This document shows, piece after piece, positions 48,061-57,092 of a DNA stretch of 64,000 nucleotides (positions are counted from its first letter, which is position 1; each line of letters starts with the position of its first letter). The stretch lies in the NCBI GenBank assembly GCA_963664195.1, contig OY760907.1, positions 2,816,001 to 2,880,000 of the forward strand. The letters run 5' to 3'. The position numbers were made by a program, and so were the translations under genes. The notes under the pieces were generated by a model. It saw only the letters and a list, made by a program, of their open reading frames with translations. It was not told where the DNA came from and searched no databases. This DNA comes from an uncultured candidate division Zixibacteria bacterium (GTDB lineage Bacteria > Zixibacteria > MSB-5A5 > GN15 > FEB-12).

Positions 48061-49755
48061 ATGTCTGCTGAACTCAGCTCGATTCTAGTAAAGGCCGGCA
48101 AAATTACCCAGGAACAGGCCGATCAGGCGCTGGAACGTGCAAAAAAGGGTAAGGAGAAATTTGCCAAGGTTCTTGTGGATATCGGTGCTGTTACGACCGA
48201 AGACGAAATCTCCGGTCTTATCGGCAAACACCTCAAGATTGGGGCGTTGCATCTCAGCGACGTAGAGCTCAATCCGGATGTCGTCAAGCTCATTCCCCTC
48301 GATATAGCGCGTAAGTTCAAAGTCATTGCGATCAGCAAGATCGGCAAGACGCTTCTTGTCGCGATCAGTGACCCGAACAATATCTATGTTCTCGACGCTA
48401 TCAAGTTCATCACCGGCTGCACCGTGCAACCGGCTATTGCGCCCGGTGACGAGATCGAGAAGTCCATTGAGCAGTATTACACCGACGCCGGGGGATTATC
48501 GGAAATCGTCAGGGGCATGGAGGAAGATCCTGACCTGGAAGTTGTCTCCGCCGAGGAAGTACCGTCGGAATCGGATCTCTTGTCTCAGATTCAGGACAAG
48601 CCGCTTGTCAAGCTGGTGGATTCAATTGTTGGTGATGCTATCAGGATGGGTGCATCTGACATTCACTTTGAGATGTACGAGAAACGAATTCGCGTTCGTT
48701 ACCGCATAGATGGTGACCTTCGCGAGATGGCGCCGCTGCCTTTCAAGTATCGCGCGGCGATTGTATCTCGAATCAAGATCATGGCCGAACTGGACATCTC
48801 AGAGCGCCGATTGCCGCAGGATGGACGTATCAAAATCAAGATTACCGGGCGTACGGTTGACCTTCGTGTCTCCTGTCTGCCGACCATTTTCGGTGAGAAG
48901 GTGGTTATGCGTATTCTTGATCCGATGGCGCTCAAGATTGACATGACGCAGCTCGGTTTTCGCCAGGAGGATCTCGACAAGTTCAAGGAGAAGATCCACT
49001 CCCCGTTTGGAATCGTGCTGGTGACCGGGCCAACCGGTTCGGGTAAGACGACGACGCTATACTCGGCGCTTCAGCAGATCAACACGATCGATGTGAATAT
49101 TATGACCGCTGAAGACCCCGTTGAGTTCAACTTTGAAGGCATTAACCAGGTGGCGGTTAAGTCCGAGATCGGGCTAACGTTTGCGGCCGCGCTCAGATCA
49201 TTCCTTCGTCAGGATCCGGACATCGTGATGCTTGGTGAAATCCGTGATGCCGAGACGGCGGAGATCGCCATCAAGGCGGCACTTACGGGTCACCTTGTGT
49301 TCTCCACGCTGCATACCAATGATGCTCCATCATCGATTACTCGTCTGATCGACATGGGGACGCCGTACTACCTGGTTGCTTCCGCGACGCAGCTCATCAT
49401 GGCCCAGCGTATGATGCGCACAATCTGTCCGAAGTGCAAAGAAGAGATCAACCTGCTTCCCGAGCAGGTCGAAGCTCTCAAGGTTCCGCCGGATCTTCTG
49501 CGAGGTATTCGCGCTTTCCGTGGACGTGGGTGCAGTGCCTGTGGTGATACGGGCAAGAAAGGCCGTACGGGTATCTACGAAGTCATGCCGATGTCTCCCG
49601 CGATTGAGAATCTCGTGCTCCAAAAGGCGCCTGATTCAGAGATTCGGAAGGTAGCCCTGGAGGAGGGCATGTTTTCTCTCCGGATGGCTGCTGTCGACAA
49701 AATGAAGCAGGGGATAGTCAGTCTTGACGAAGTAGTTGCTGTGACCACGGCATAG
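48061..49755 (+). CDS. pilB: Type IV pilus assembly ATPase
   Basis: ASDIH, ERRLPQDG, GPTGSGKTTT, LRQDPD, GHLVFSTLHTN, CxxC pairs. Confidence 0.95.
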   Translation: MSAELSSILVKAGKITQEQADQALERAKKGKEKFAKVLVDIGAVTTEDEISGLIGKHLKIGALHLSDVELNPDVVKLIPLDIARKFKVIAISKIGKTLLVAISDPNNIYVLDAIKFITGCTVQPAIAPGDEIEKSIEQYYTDAGGLSEIVRGMEEDPDLEVVSAEEVPSESDLLSQIQDKPLVKLVDSIVGDAIRMGASDIHFEMYEKRIRVRYRIDGDLREMAPLPFKYRAAIVSRIKIMAELDISERRLPQDGRIKIKITGRTVDLRVSCLPTIFGEKVVMRILDPMALKIDMTQLGFRQEDLDKFKEKIHSPFGIVLVTGPTGSGKTTTLYSALQQINTIDVNIMTAEDPVEFNFEGINQVAVKSEIGLTFAAALRSFLRQDPDIVMLGEIRDAETAEIAIKAALTGHLVFSTLHTNDAPSSITRLIDMGTPYYLVASATQLIMAQRMMRTICPKCKEEINLLPEQVEALKVPPDLLRGIRAFRGRGCSACGDTGKKGRTGIYEVMPMSPAIENLVLQKAPDSEIRKVALEEGMFSLRMAAVDKMKQGIVSLDEVVAVTTA

Positions 49756-49834
49756 GAATCTTTTCGGGCTTTTCTTTCTTTCTTGAAAGGCCTGTCTCTC
49801 AATCAGTTAGCGTGACTTCAGTAAGTTTTTCCGG

Positions 49835-49861
49835 TCAAGATTCTCTCTGAATTTCCGATAC
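49835..49861 (+). promoter_or_regulatory. Sigma28-like promoter motif upstream of pilT
   Basis: TCAAG-N14-TCCGATAC. Confidence 0.5.
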
Positions 49862-49918
49862 TAATATTGTAGCTATCTGCCTGCCCGCAGGCCGTCCTTT
49901 TATTTACAGGAGCGATAG

Positions 49919-50995
49919 ATGATATCGTTGCGCGAGTTGCTTGAGCAAATGGTTCAGATGGGAGCATCTGACCTTCACCTGACTGTTGGTTCTCCGCCCG
50001 TCGTGCGTGTTGACGGGAAACTCCAGAGAATGCCCCATGATATGCTCACGGCCGAAGTGATAAAGAAGGTTGCCTACTCGATGCTTAACGAGAAGCAGAA
50101 GCTGAAGTTTGAGCAGAACTGGGAGCTGGATTTTTCCTTTGGCATTGAATCGATGAGCCGGTTCCGTGCGAACATGTTCATGCAGCGCGGGAATATCGCG
50201 GTCGCACTGCGGCAGATTCCGTACAAGATTCGCACGTTCGAAGAACTCGACCTCCCGAAGGTGATAGCGGAATTCGCCAAGCTTCCTCGCGGCCTTGTGC
50301 TGGTGACCGGTCCGACCGGGTCCGGCAAGTCTACCACGCTGGCGTCGATTATTGACAAGATCAATCGCGAGCGCCCGGTCCATATTATTACGGTCGAAGA
50401 CCCGATCGAGTATCTCCATCGTCACCAGACAGCGCTTATCAATCAGCGGGAAGTGTACTCAGACACGCCGTCGTTTTCATCGGCGCTCAAGTACGCGTTG
50501 CGTGAGGATCCTGACGTCGTGCTGGTGGGCGAGATGCGCGACCTTGAGACAATCGAGGCGGCCCTGTCGATATCCGAAACGGGTCACCTCGCCTTTGCCA
50601 CGCTGCACACTAACTCCTGCGCTGAGACGATCAACCGCATCGTAGATGTTTTTCCGACGAATCAGCAGGAGCAGATTCGGGTAGCGTTGTCTTTCTGTCT
50701 CCAGGCGGTGGTGTCGCAAACGCTTATTCCCAAGGTTGGCGGGGGACGTGCGCTGGCGCTGGAGATTATGATTGCCACGCCGGCAATCCGGGCGATTGTG
50801 AGAGACGACAAAATACACCAGTTGTACTCCATGATACAGTCGGGGCAGAAGTTTGGCATGAAGACGATGAACCAGTCGCTGGGCGATCTGTACCAGGCGG
50901 GCAAGATAACGTTGAATGATGCGATGAGTTACTCAGGTGATCCGCAGGAACTGAGCGAGATGCTTTCTCGCAACAAAGTACCTTCGTTCAGTTAA
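49919..50995 (+). CDS. pilT: Type IV pilus retraction ATPase
   Basis: ASDLHL, GPTGSGKSTT, LREDPD, ETGHL..TLHT, AIRAIVR. Confidence 0.95.
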   Translation: MISLRELLEQMVQMGASDLHLTVGSPPVVRVDGKLQRMPHDMLTAEVIKKVAYSMLNEKQKLKFEQNWELDFSFGIESMSRFRANMFMQRGNIAVALRQIPYKIRTFEELDLPKVIAEFAKLPRGLVLVTGPTGSGKSTTLASIIDKINRERPVHIITVEDPIEYLHRHQTALINQREVYSDTPSFSSALKYALREDPDVVLVGEMRDLETIEAALSISETGHLAFATLHTNSCAETINRIVDVFPTNQQEQIRVALSFCLQAVVSQTLIPKVGGGRALALEIMIATPAIRAIVRDDKIHQLYSMIQSGQKFGMKTMNQSLGDLYQAGKITLNDAMSYSGDPQELSEMLSRNKVPSFS

Positions 50996-51025
50996 GGCCC
51001 CACGGCCAGGAAAGGAAAATTGCTG

Positions 51026-52222
51026 ATGCCAGTCTTTGAATACAAGGGAAAGACACTCGCCGGGGCGGCCGTACAGGGTTCGATGAAGGCCAACAGCCGT
51101 GACGATCTCGAGCGTGTGCTCAGGCAGAATCGCATCCTCGTCAAGTCGATCACCCGGAAGGCTCCGGATATCAATATCAAGTTCGGTACCGGGATCAAGC
51201 GCATTGAGATATCCCGGTTCACCCGGCAGTTTGCGACCATGATCGGAGCCGGTCTTCCCATGGTGCAGTGCCTTGACATTCTCTCGGCGCAGACCGAAAA
51301 CCCGGAGATGGCCAAGATTGTGACGCAGGTGCGCGACGGCGTTCAGGGGGGCGCAACGCTCTCTGATGCCATGAAACGGCACTCGAAGATTTTCGATGAT
51401 CTGTATACCAATATGGTGGAGGCCGGTGAAGTCGGCGGCGCTCTGGACGCAATTCTGGTGCGTTTGGCCGTGTACCGTGAGAAGGCCGACCAACTGCTGA
51501 GGAAAGTGAAGGGTGCGATGGTGTACCCGGCGGTGGTCGTGTTTGTTGCCGTAAGCGTAACTATTGGTATGCTTACTTTCATCGTTCCGGTATTCGCCAA
51601 GATGTTTGCCGGTATGGGCGCTGAACTTCCGGCCCCGACGCTGGTCGTGCTGGCGATATCCAATTTCCTGAAATCAAACTTCCTCTATATTCTGGTGGGG
51701 CTTGGCGGCTTCATGGCCGGCTTTGTGGCGTGGAAGAAGACGCCCAACGGAGCCTTGACGGTAGATAAGATAATGCTCCGAGTGCCTGTTCTGGGTAACC
51801 TGGTGCGGAAATCCTCTGTGGCCAGATTCACCCGGACGTTGAGCACGTTGCTGGCTTCCGGTGTGTCGATTCTGGAAGCTCTGGAGATCACTGCCAAGAC
51901 AGCGGGTAACCTCGTTGTGGCAAAGGCTATCAACAAATCGGTTCTGGCGATTGCCGAGGGCGACACAATTACCGGTCCGCTGAAAGCCTCCGGTGTGTTT
52001 CCTCCGATGGTGACTCAGATGATTGGAGTCGGTGAAAAAACGGGTGGTCTCGACGAGATGCTCAACAAGATTGCCGATTTCTACGATGAAGAGGTCGATG
52101 AGGCGGTGACGGCGCTCACCTCGGTGATAGAGCCGATCATCATCGTGTTCATGGGTATTGCGATTGGTGGTATCATGATCGCCATGTACCTGCCGATGTT
52201 CGACATCATTGGTAAGTTCTAG
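51026..52222 (+). CDS. pilC: Type IV pilus inner-membrane platform protein
   Basis: FTRQFATM, AGEVGGAL, AMVYP, GEKTGGLDEML, MYLPMF. Confidence 0.95.
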   Translation: MPVFEYKGKTLAGAAVQGSMKANSRDDLERVLRQNRILVKSITRKAPDINIKFGTGIKRIEISRFTRQFATMIGAGLPMVQCLDILSAQTENPEMAKIVTQVRDGVQGGATLSDAMKRHSKIFDDLYTNMVEAGEVGGALDAILVRLAVYREKADQLLRKVKGAMVYPAVVVFVAVSVTIGMLTFIVPVFAKMFAGMGAELPAPTLVVLAISNFLKSNFLYILVGLGGFMAGFVAWKKTPNGALTVDKIMLRVPVLGNLVRKSSVARFTRTLSTLLASGVSILEALEITAKTAGNLVVAKAINKSVLAIAEGDTITGPLKASGVFPPMVTQMIGVGEKTGGLDEMLNKIADFYDEEVDEAVTALTSVIEPIIIVFMGIAIGGIMIAMYLPMFDIIGKF

Positions 52223-52314
52223 GCAGGTGATTAGCTCCTGCGGGTGGTCAGAGTGAATCACAGATAAACTAGTGAATTAAGGAAGCGGCACCTTTGGGGT
52301 GCCGCTTGCGTTTT

Positions 52315-54030
52315 ATGTCCGATCGCATAGATATAAGACGGCAGGGGCTGTTTCTCCCACTCAGGTTGGCGTCGTACGTCATTCTGATGGTGGTGGTGGT
52401 AGGCTGGATGCAGTATCCGGCGTATCTTCAGACACCGATTACGATATATTCAGTGTTGACCCTGGCATTTGCGGTCAGTCTCGGGTTGGAACGACGTTTC
52501 AATCTGCGGCGACTCGGTCTTATCCTCATTGCACTCCAGACGGTTTCTGAGATCGCCATTGAGTCCGGCGTGATCTATGCCACCGGCAACGTGAATTCAC
52601 CGTTTTCAGCAATGTTCGTACTGACAATAGTCTCGGCAGCGCTAGCGTATCGGATGGTCGGAACATTGCTAGTGGCAACGCTTGTGTCAGTATCTTATGC
52701 GTTCATCATCTGGCTGGGATTGGCGCAGACGGGCGACACCGGCCTGCGCATAGACGTCTTGAAAACGATTTTTGCTTCAAACGAGCCCGTTTTCTACGGC
52801 ATTATTCTTCACATTCTGATATTCTATCTTACCGCGTTTGTCTCGGGCTATCTGGCCGAGCGACTCAGCAGTCAGGACCGGAAACTTGAGGACGCCTCGG
52901 TTGCCCTCAAGCGGGCCCAGCTTGAGACCGATGACATACTTGCTCACTTGAACTCTGGGCTGCTGACGATTGACTCTGCCGGGTACATCATCTATTTCAA
53001 CCGTGCTGCGGAGCGGATTCTCGGGTATCGTGAGGAGATTGTGAAGGGGATGCTTTGTCGCGAGGTGTTTTCCGAACGGATGCCGGCACTGGCTGAGAGT
53101 CTGATGGACGGAGTTCAGCAGCGCATCGCTTACCCGCGCCGTGAGATGACGATCATTGTCGCGGACAACCGCTCCATTCCGTTGGGACTGTCCACCTCGA
53201 TACTTAAGGACGAGCAGGGGCAACTCAGGGGAGTGATCGCCATTTTCTCAGATATTACTGAGGCCAAGCGACTGGAGCACAAGGTGCGGGCAAACGACCG
53301 CCTGGCGGCAATCGGTGAGTTGTCGGCCTCGATCGCGCATGAAATTCGCAATCCATTGGCAGCTATTTCCGGTTCTGTAGAAGTGCTGGAAAAGGAGTTG
53401 TCACTCGAAGGGCCTAATGCCCGCCTCATGGCGCTGATTCTCAAGGAGTCTCAGCGGCTAAACAAGATTCTGAGCGAATTTCTGACCTATGCCAGAGTGA
53501 GCCGTCCTGCGTACAACAAAGTGGAACTCTGTCACCTGATCGGTGATATCTGTGAACTCATGCGCGTCCACGAGGATGTATCCGAGAGCTTCAATATCCG
53601 TTTCGAGAGCGACGAGTCGATTGTGTATGTGGTCGGGGATGAGGATATGTTGAAGCAGCTTCTGATGAATCTCGCCATGAATGCCTGCGAGGCGCTTGAT
53701 GGTTCTCCGGGAGAGTTGGTGTTCCGGTTGACTGCTGATGTCGGCAGCGAAGTCGTCACGTTGTTCGTATCAGACAACGGTCCGGGGATTGAACCGGTAC
53801 ACCTGGACAAGATTTACCAGCCTTTCTATTCCACCAAGAAGCAGGGGACAGGTCTCGGTCTGGCAATCGTGCACCGTATCAGCAGTGCGCTCAAGTTAAA
53901 GCTCCGGATTGACTCTGTGCCTGGTCATGGCACGACTTTTGCAATCCAATTCCGCAGTTACTCTCAGGACAGAGCCTCGGCCGCTGCCTCGACCGGAGTG
54001 TCTGAGGGTGTACCTTCTCCGGTAGCTTAG
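52315..54030 (+). CDS. pilS: PilS-like membrane sensor histidine kinase
   Basis: Multi-TM N-terminus, PAS, AHEIRNPL, NLAMNA, DNGPG, GTGLGL; follows pilC. Confidence 0.8.
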   Translation: MSDRIDIRRQGLFLPLRLASYVILMVVVVGWMQYPAYLQTPITIYSVLTLAFAVSLGLERRFNLRRLGLILIALQTVSEIAIESGVIYATGNVNSPFSAMFVLTIVSAALAYRMVGTLLVATLVSVSYAFIIWLGLAQTGDTGLRIDVLKTIFASNEPVFYGIILHILIFYLTAFVSGYLAERLSSQDRKLEDASVALKRAQLETDDILAHLNSGLLTIDSAGYIIYFNRAAERILGYREEIVKGMLCREVFSERMPALAESLMDGVQQRIAYPRREMTIIVADNRSIPLGLSTSILKDEQGQLRGVIAIFSDITEAKRLEHKVRANDRLAAIGELSASIAHEIRNPLAAISGSVEVLEKELSLEGPNARLMALILKESQRLNKILSEFLTYARVSRPAYNKVELCHLIGDICELMRVHEDVSESFNIRFESDESIVYVVGDEDMLKQLLMNLAMNACEALDGSPGELVFRLTADVGSEVVTLFVSDNGPGIEPVHLDKIYQPFYSTKKQGTGLGLAIVHRISSALKLKLRIDSVPGHGTTFAIQFRSYSQDRASAAASTGVSEGVPSPVA

Positions 54031-54104
54031 TTCGATTTTGGCTTGGCAAACCGGCTCTATTTCCATAACTTACCACACTTAATGATTTGCTAACGGAGTG
54101 TGGT

Positions 54105-55862
54105 ATGTTGCGATCTGTTGTAAGGTTTTTTGTTTTAGCGGCCTTCCTTCTTGTCCTTGTGGCCGGCTGTGGCAAACTGCCGGTTCTAACGAGCGAGTCT
54201 ATCAACGAACACAATTATAATGTAGCGGTGTGGAACGACGATTCCCATCTTACCGCAGCTCAGTTGTACAATATGGTTCTGCTCCGGACGCCGACAGAGC
54301 CCGCCGGTATTCTCGATGACGCTGTGACCCGGCGGATTCGAGACAGCGTGTTGATGGATACGCTGGCCGGGCTTGAAGCCTCTGACTACGATTTGTCGCA
54401 GAACTGGTTCGAGTACCGGAGCTGGCGCGATCAGGTCTACAACACGATGGTCACCACATTTTGGCAGAAGATGATCTCTGACTCTATCGTTGTAGATACT
54501 TCCGATGTTCTCGAGTACTACGAGAGCAATCCTGATATTTTCTACGTTGCCGAACAAGTGGATTTGTATCAGATTCTATGCAGTCCGAAGAGCCTGGAGA
54601 TCGGTGCTGATTCGGTCTGGTTTGAGTCGCTTTCGATGGCTGAACGCTGGGCACTGGCGAAAGAGTATTGCGAAAACGTACATCGCGTGCTGGACTACGG
54701 AGAGCCATTTGAGAACACGGCGCTGAGGTACTCACATGATGCAATGTCCCGCAATCGGGGTGGACACCTCGGCTGGACGCCGCGGGGAGTTTATCCTGAC
54801 CCGTTTGATTCCATCGCTTTTTCGCTGAAACCGGGGGAGTATTCTGAACCGTACGTTGACAATCTTGGCTGGCACATATTGCTTGTTGACGGGCACTACC
54901 AGGCCGGTCCGATGTCGCTTGATTCCGCAGGGGTTTGGGATGCTGCAGTAAACACGGTCAGGAATATCCGGTTCAACGAACGCGGCGCCGTGCTCATGGA
55001 CAGCTTGATGGGGGCGCTGCAGCTTGAGCTCAACGAATCAGCCATGGAAGCGGACCACACTGAGCTCGAAGACCAGACTTGGATGGCTGTGGTCAACGGC
55101 ATTGATACGATCGACTTCTTGCGATACCAGGGTGCCGAGGAGCCTCTGCTCAGGGATGAAATCAAGCTTACTCTGCGAGAAATCCGGGAAGGGCTGGCCC
55201 GTGAGTTTGCCAAAAGGTATGTGGTCGTGCAGCTAGCCCGACAACACGGGGTGGACACACTGCCTGAGATCGTGGAGTTGTCCAACAGAATCAGACATGA
55301 AAAATCCAAGGCCCTGATTCTCAAGGGGGCCAGTTGCATTCCGGTGGAACCTTCGGACAGCGCAATTGAGGCGTATCGTCTGGCCCACATTGAGGAATTC
55401 GATCCCTCGCAGCCGCTCACTATGCATGAGTTGGTTGTGCAGGATTCAGCCCTGGCGGCGTTCCTCCTGGAGCAGGCAGAGACCGGGATGGAACTCAAGG
55501 ATCTGGTCGAAGAGTACAAGGCACAGGGGTACGACATTCGCTACAGAGACCTCGGCAAGGTGGGAAAGGTCGAACTGGGCGAGAAGTACTTCGCAGTCGC
55601 TCGTGCCACGAGGGCAGGGAAAGTGAACAAGTTCAAGGCTGAGGATGGCTTCCGGGTGTTCCGGGTGACCGACAACCGGAGCCCGAAGGCTCGTGCGCTC
55701 ATAACTTCCGACATACGCACGCGGCTGAAGAAGCAACAGCGTGTGGATGTCTGGAAGGCGTTCCGCGATACTATTTTTGCTCGTCACGGTGTGAAGCTCC
55801 TGAACCTGCCTGCAATCGAGTTGCCACCCGGAGCTGAGCGGGCAGCGGCAGTCGGCAGATGA
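54105..55862 (+). CDS. Parvulin-type peptidyl-prolyl isomerase lipoprotein (PrsA/SurA-like)
   Basis: LVAGC lipobox; F...A..YS.D..S...GG.LGW; AF.LKPGE.S.P....GWHI. Confidence 0.8.
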   Translation: MLRSVVRFFVLAAFLLVLVAGCGKLPVLTSESINEHNYNVAVWNDDSHLTAAQLYNMVLLRTPTEPAGILDDAVTRRIRDSVLMDTLAGLEASDYDLSQNWFEYRSWRDQVYNTMVTTFWQKMISDSIVVDTSDVLEYYESNPDIFYVAEQVDLYQILCSPKSLEIGADSVWFESLSMAERWALAKEYCENVHRVLDYGEPFENTALRYSHDAMSRNRGGHLGWTPRGVYPDPFDSIAFSLKPGEYSEPYVDNLGWHILLVDGHYQAGPMSLDSAGVWDAAVNTVRNIRFNERGAVLMDSLMGALQLELNESAMEADHTELEDQTWMAVVNGIDTIDFLRYQGAEEPLLRDEIKLTLREIREGLAREFAKRYVVVQLARQHGVDTLPEIVELSNRIRHEKSKALILKGASCIPVEPSDSAIEAYRLAHIEEFDPSQPLTMHELVVQDSALAAFLLEQAETGMELKDLVEEYKAQGYDIRYRDLGKVGKVELGEKYFAVARATRAGKVNKFKAEDGFRVFRVTDNRSPKARALITSDIRTRLKKQQRVDVWKAFRDTIFARHGVKLLNLPAIELPPGAERAAAVGR

Positions 55863-56497
55863 TAGCTGCCAACGACGGCGTACAAGAGGCTCCGGAACAG
55901 ATTCCGTTTGGTCAGGAGGTTCTTCGCAAGACCACGCATATGTTTGCGCTGGTGATTCCAGGAGGATACCATTTTCTGGAGTTGAGCAAGACCGGCATGC
56001 TCCAGATTATGGTGCCGATAGCGGTCCTGATGATCATGATTGACATCGCCCGACTGCGCAATCGGGGATTGTGGCGTAACCTTGCCCGGCCGTTCTGGGG
56101 AAAGATGATTCGCGATCACGAGGTGACCGGAGATTTCACCGGTGCTACCTACATTCTGCTATCCGTCTGTTGCACCGTGGTCCTGTATGACAAGTATATT
56201 GCGATAATGGCGCTGGCGTTCATAATAGTCGGCGACACGTTTGCGGCGTTGATCGGACGCAAGTTTGGCCGCCACCGGTTCGGGCGAAAGTCGATAGAAG
56301 GTTCTCTCGGTTGTCTGGCCGGAACGGTTGCCGTGGCCTTTCTGGTACCTCACGTACCTTTTGCAGCCGGCTTGTTTGGGGCCGTTGTAGCAACTGTCAC
56401 CGAGGCTGCTTCGACCAATATCGATGACAATATCTCGGTGCCGGTTGTTTCCGGGCTTGCCATGACGCTTTACGTAGCTGTCTCAAGTGCTGCTTAA
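55859..56497 (+). CDS. CTP-dependent polyprenol/diacylglycerol kinase (SEC59/VTE5/DGK1 family)
   Basis: RKTTH, GDTFAALIG..FG, KSIEGS, DDNISVP. Confidence 0.82.
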   Translation: MIAANDGVQEAPEQIPFGQEVLRKTTHMFALVIPGGYHFLELSKTGMLQIMVPIAVLMIMIDIARLRNRGLWRNLARPFWGKMIRDHEVTGDFTGATYILLSVCCTVVLYDKYIAIMALAFIIVGDTFAALIGRKFGRHRFGRKSIEGSLGCLAGTVAVAFLVPHVPFAAGLFGAVVATVTEAASTNIDDNISVPVVSGLAMTLYVAVSSAA

Positions 56498-56688
56498 TAA
56501 TACGTTCTTTTCTCGTTGGCAGTCGGCTAGTTAGCTCACTTTTCCGGTGAGGTTTCTGTCGTTCGTTAATGACTTCGTAACGGTTTCCTAAAATTCTTGT
56601 AGCCCAACAGGGATCCCTGTGCGTATAATCCTTTGATCGATGCGACTTCATTGACGGAGTATCCTCTCAAATCACCGGAGGTGTCTGA

Positions 56689-56898
56689 ATGTGCAAAGGC
56701 AAAGTCAAGTATTTCAACGAGTACAAAGGTTGGGGTATTATTGCCAACAACAGTGAAATGGCTGAGGACGTGTATGTCCATTACACCGCAATCAATATGG
56801 ACGGCTACAAAACACTCAGGGAAGGACAGGAAGTCCTTTACGATCTTACTCGCACCGATACAGGCCCGCGTGCTCAAAACGTGACTTTGGCCCGGTAG
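56689..56898 (+). CDS. Cold-shock domain protein
   Basis: GKVKYFN..KGWG.I, DVYVHYTAI..DGYKTL.EGQ, GP.A.NV. Confidence 0.92.
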   Translation: MCKGKVKYFNEYKGWGIIANNSEMAEDVYVHYTAINMDGYKTLREGQEVLYDLTRTDTGPRAQNVTLAR

Positions 56899-56917
56899 TT
56901 TCTTTCCAGAAGTTTTT

Positions 56918-56946
56918 AAAGACCCGCCTTCGGCGGGTCTTTTTTT
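56918..56946 (+). terminator. Intrinsic terminator
   Basis: AAAGACCCGC-CTTCG-GCGGGTCTTT followed by a T tract. Confidence 0.85.
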
Positions 56947-57092
56947 GCCCGATTTCGGGGCTGGTCCTTTCTGCAAACGAGTTTTCGTCAGGTGGGCGCC
57001 CTTCTAGGAGCACACTATTGCGTGCCGCGCGCGGGGTTCTGGTCGGTAGTTCTCGCTTACCACGAGCCTTTGTAATACTTATATTGCCGCTC

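Noticed and set aside
56600..56688. Riboswitch or tRNA in the csp leader or other intergenic gaps
   Set aside because: No cloverleaf or known aptamer consensus was recognised; long csp leaders are ordinary
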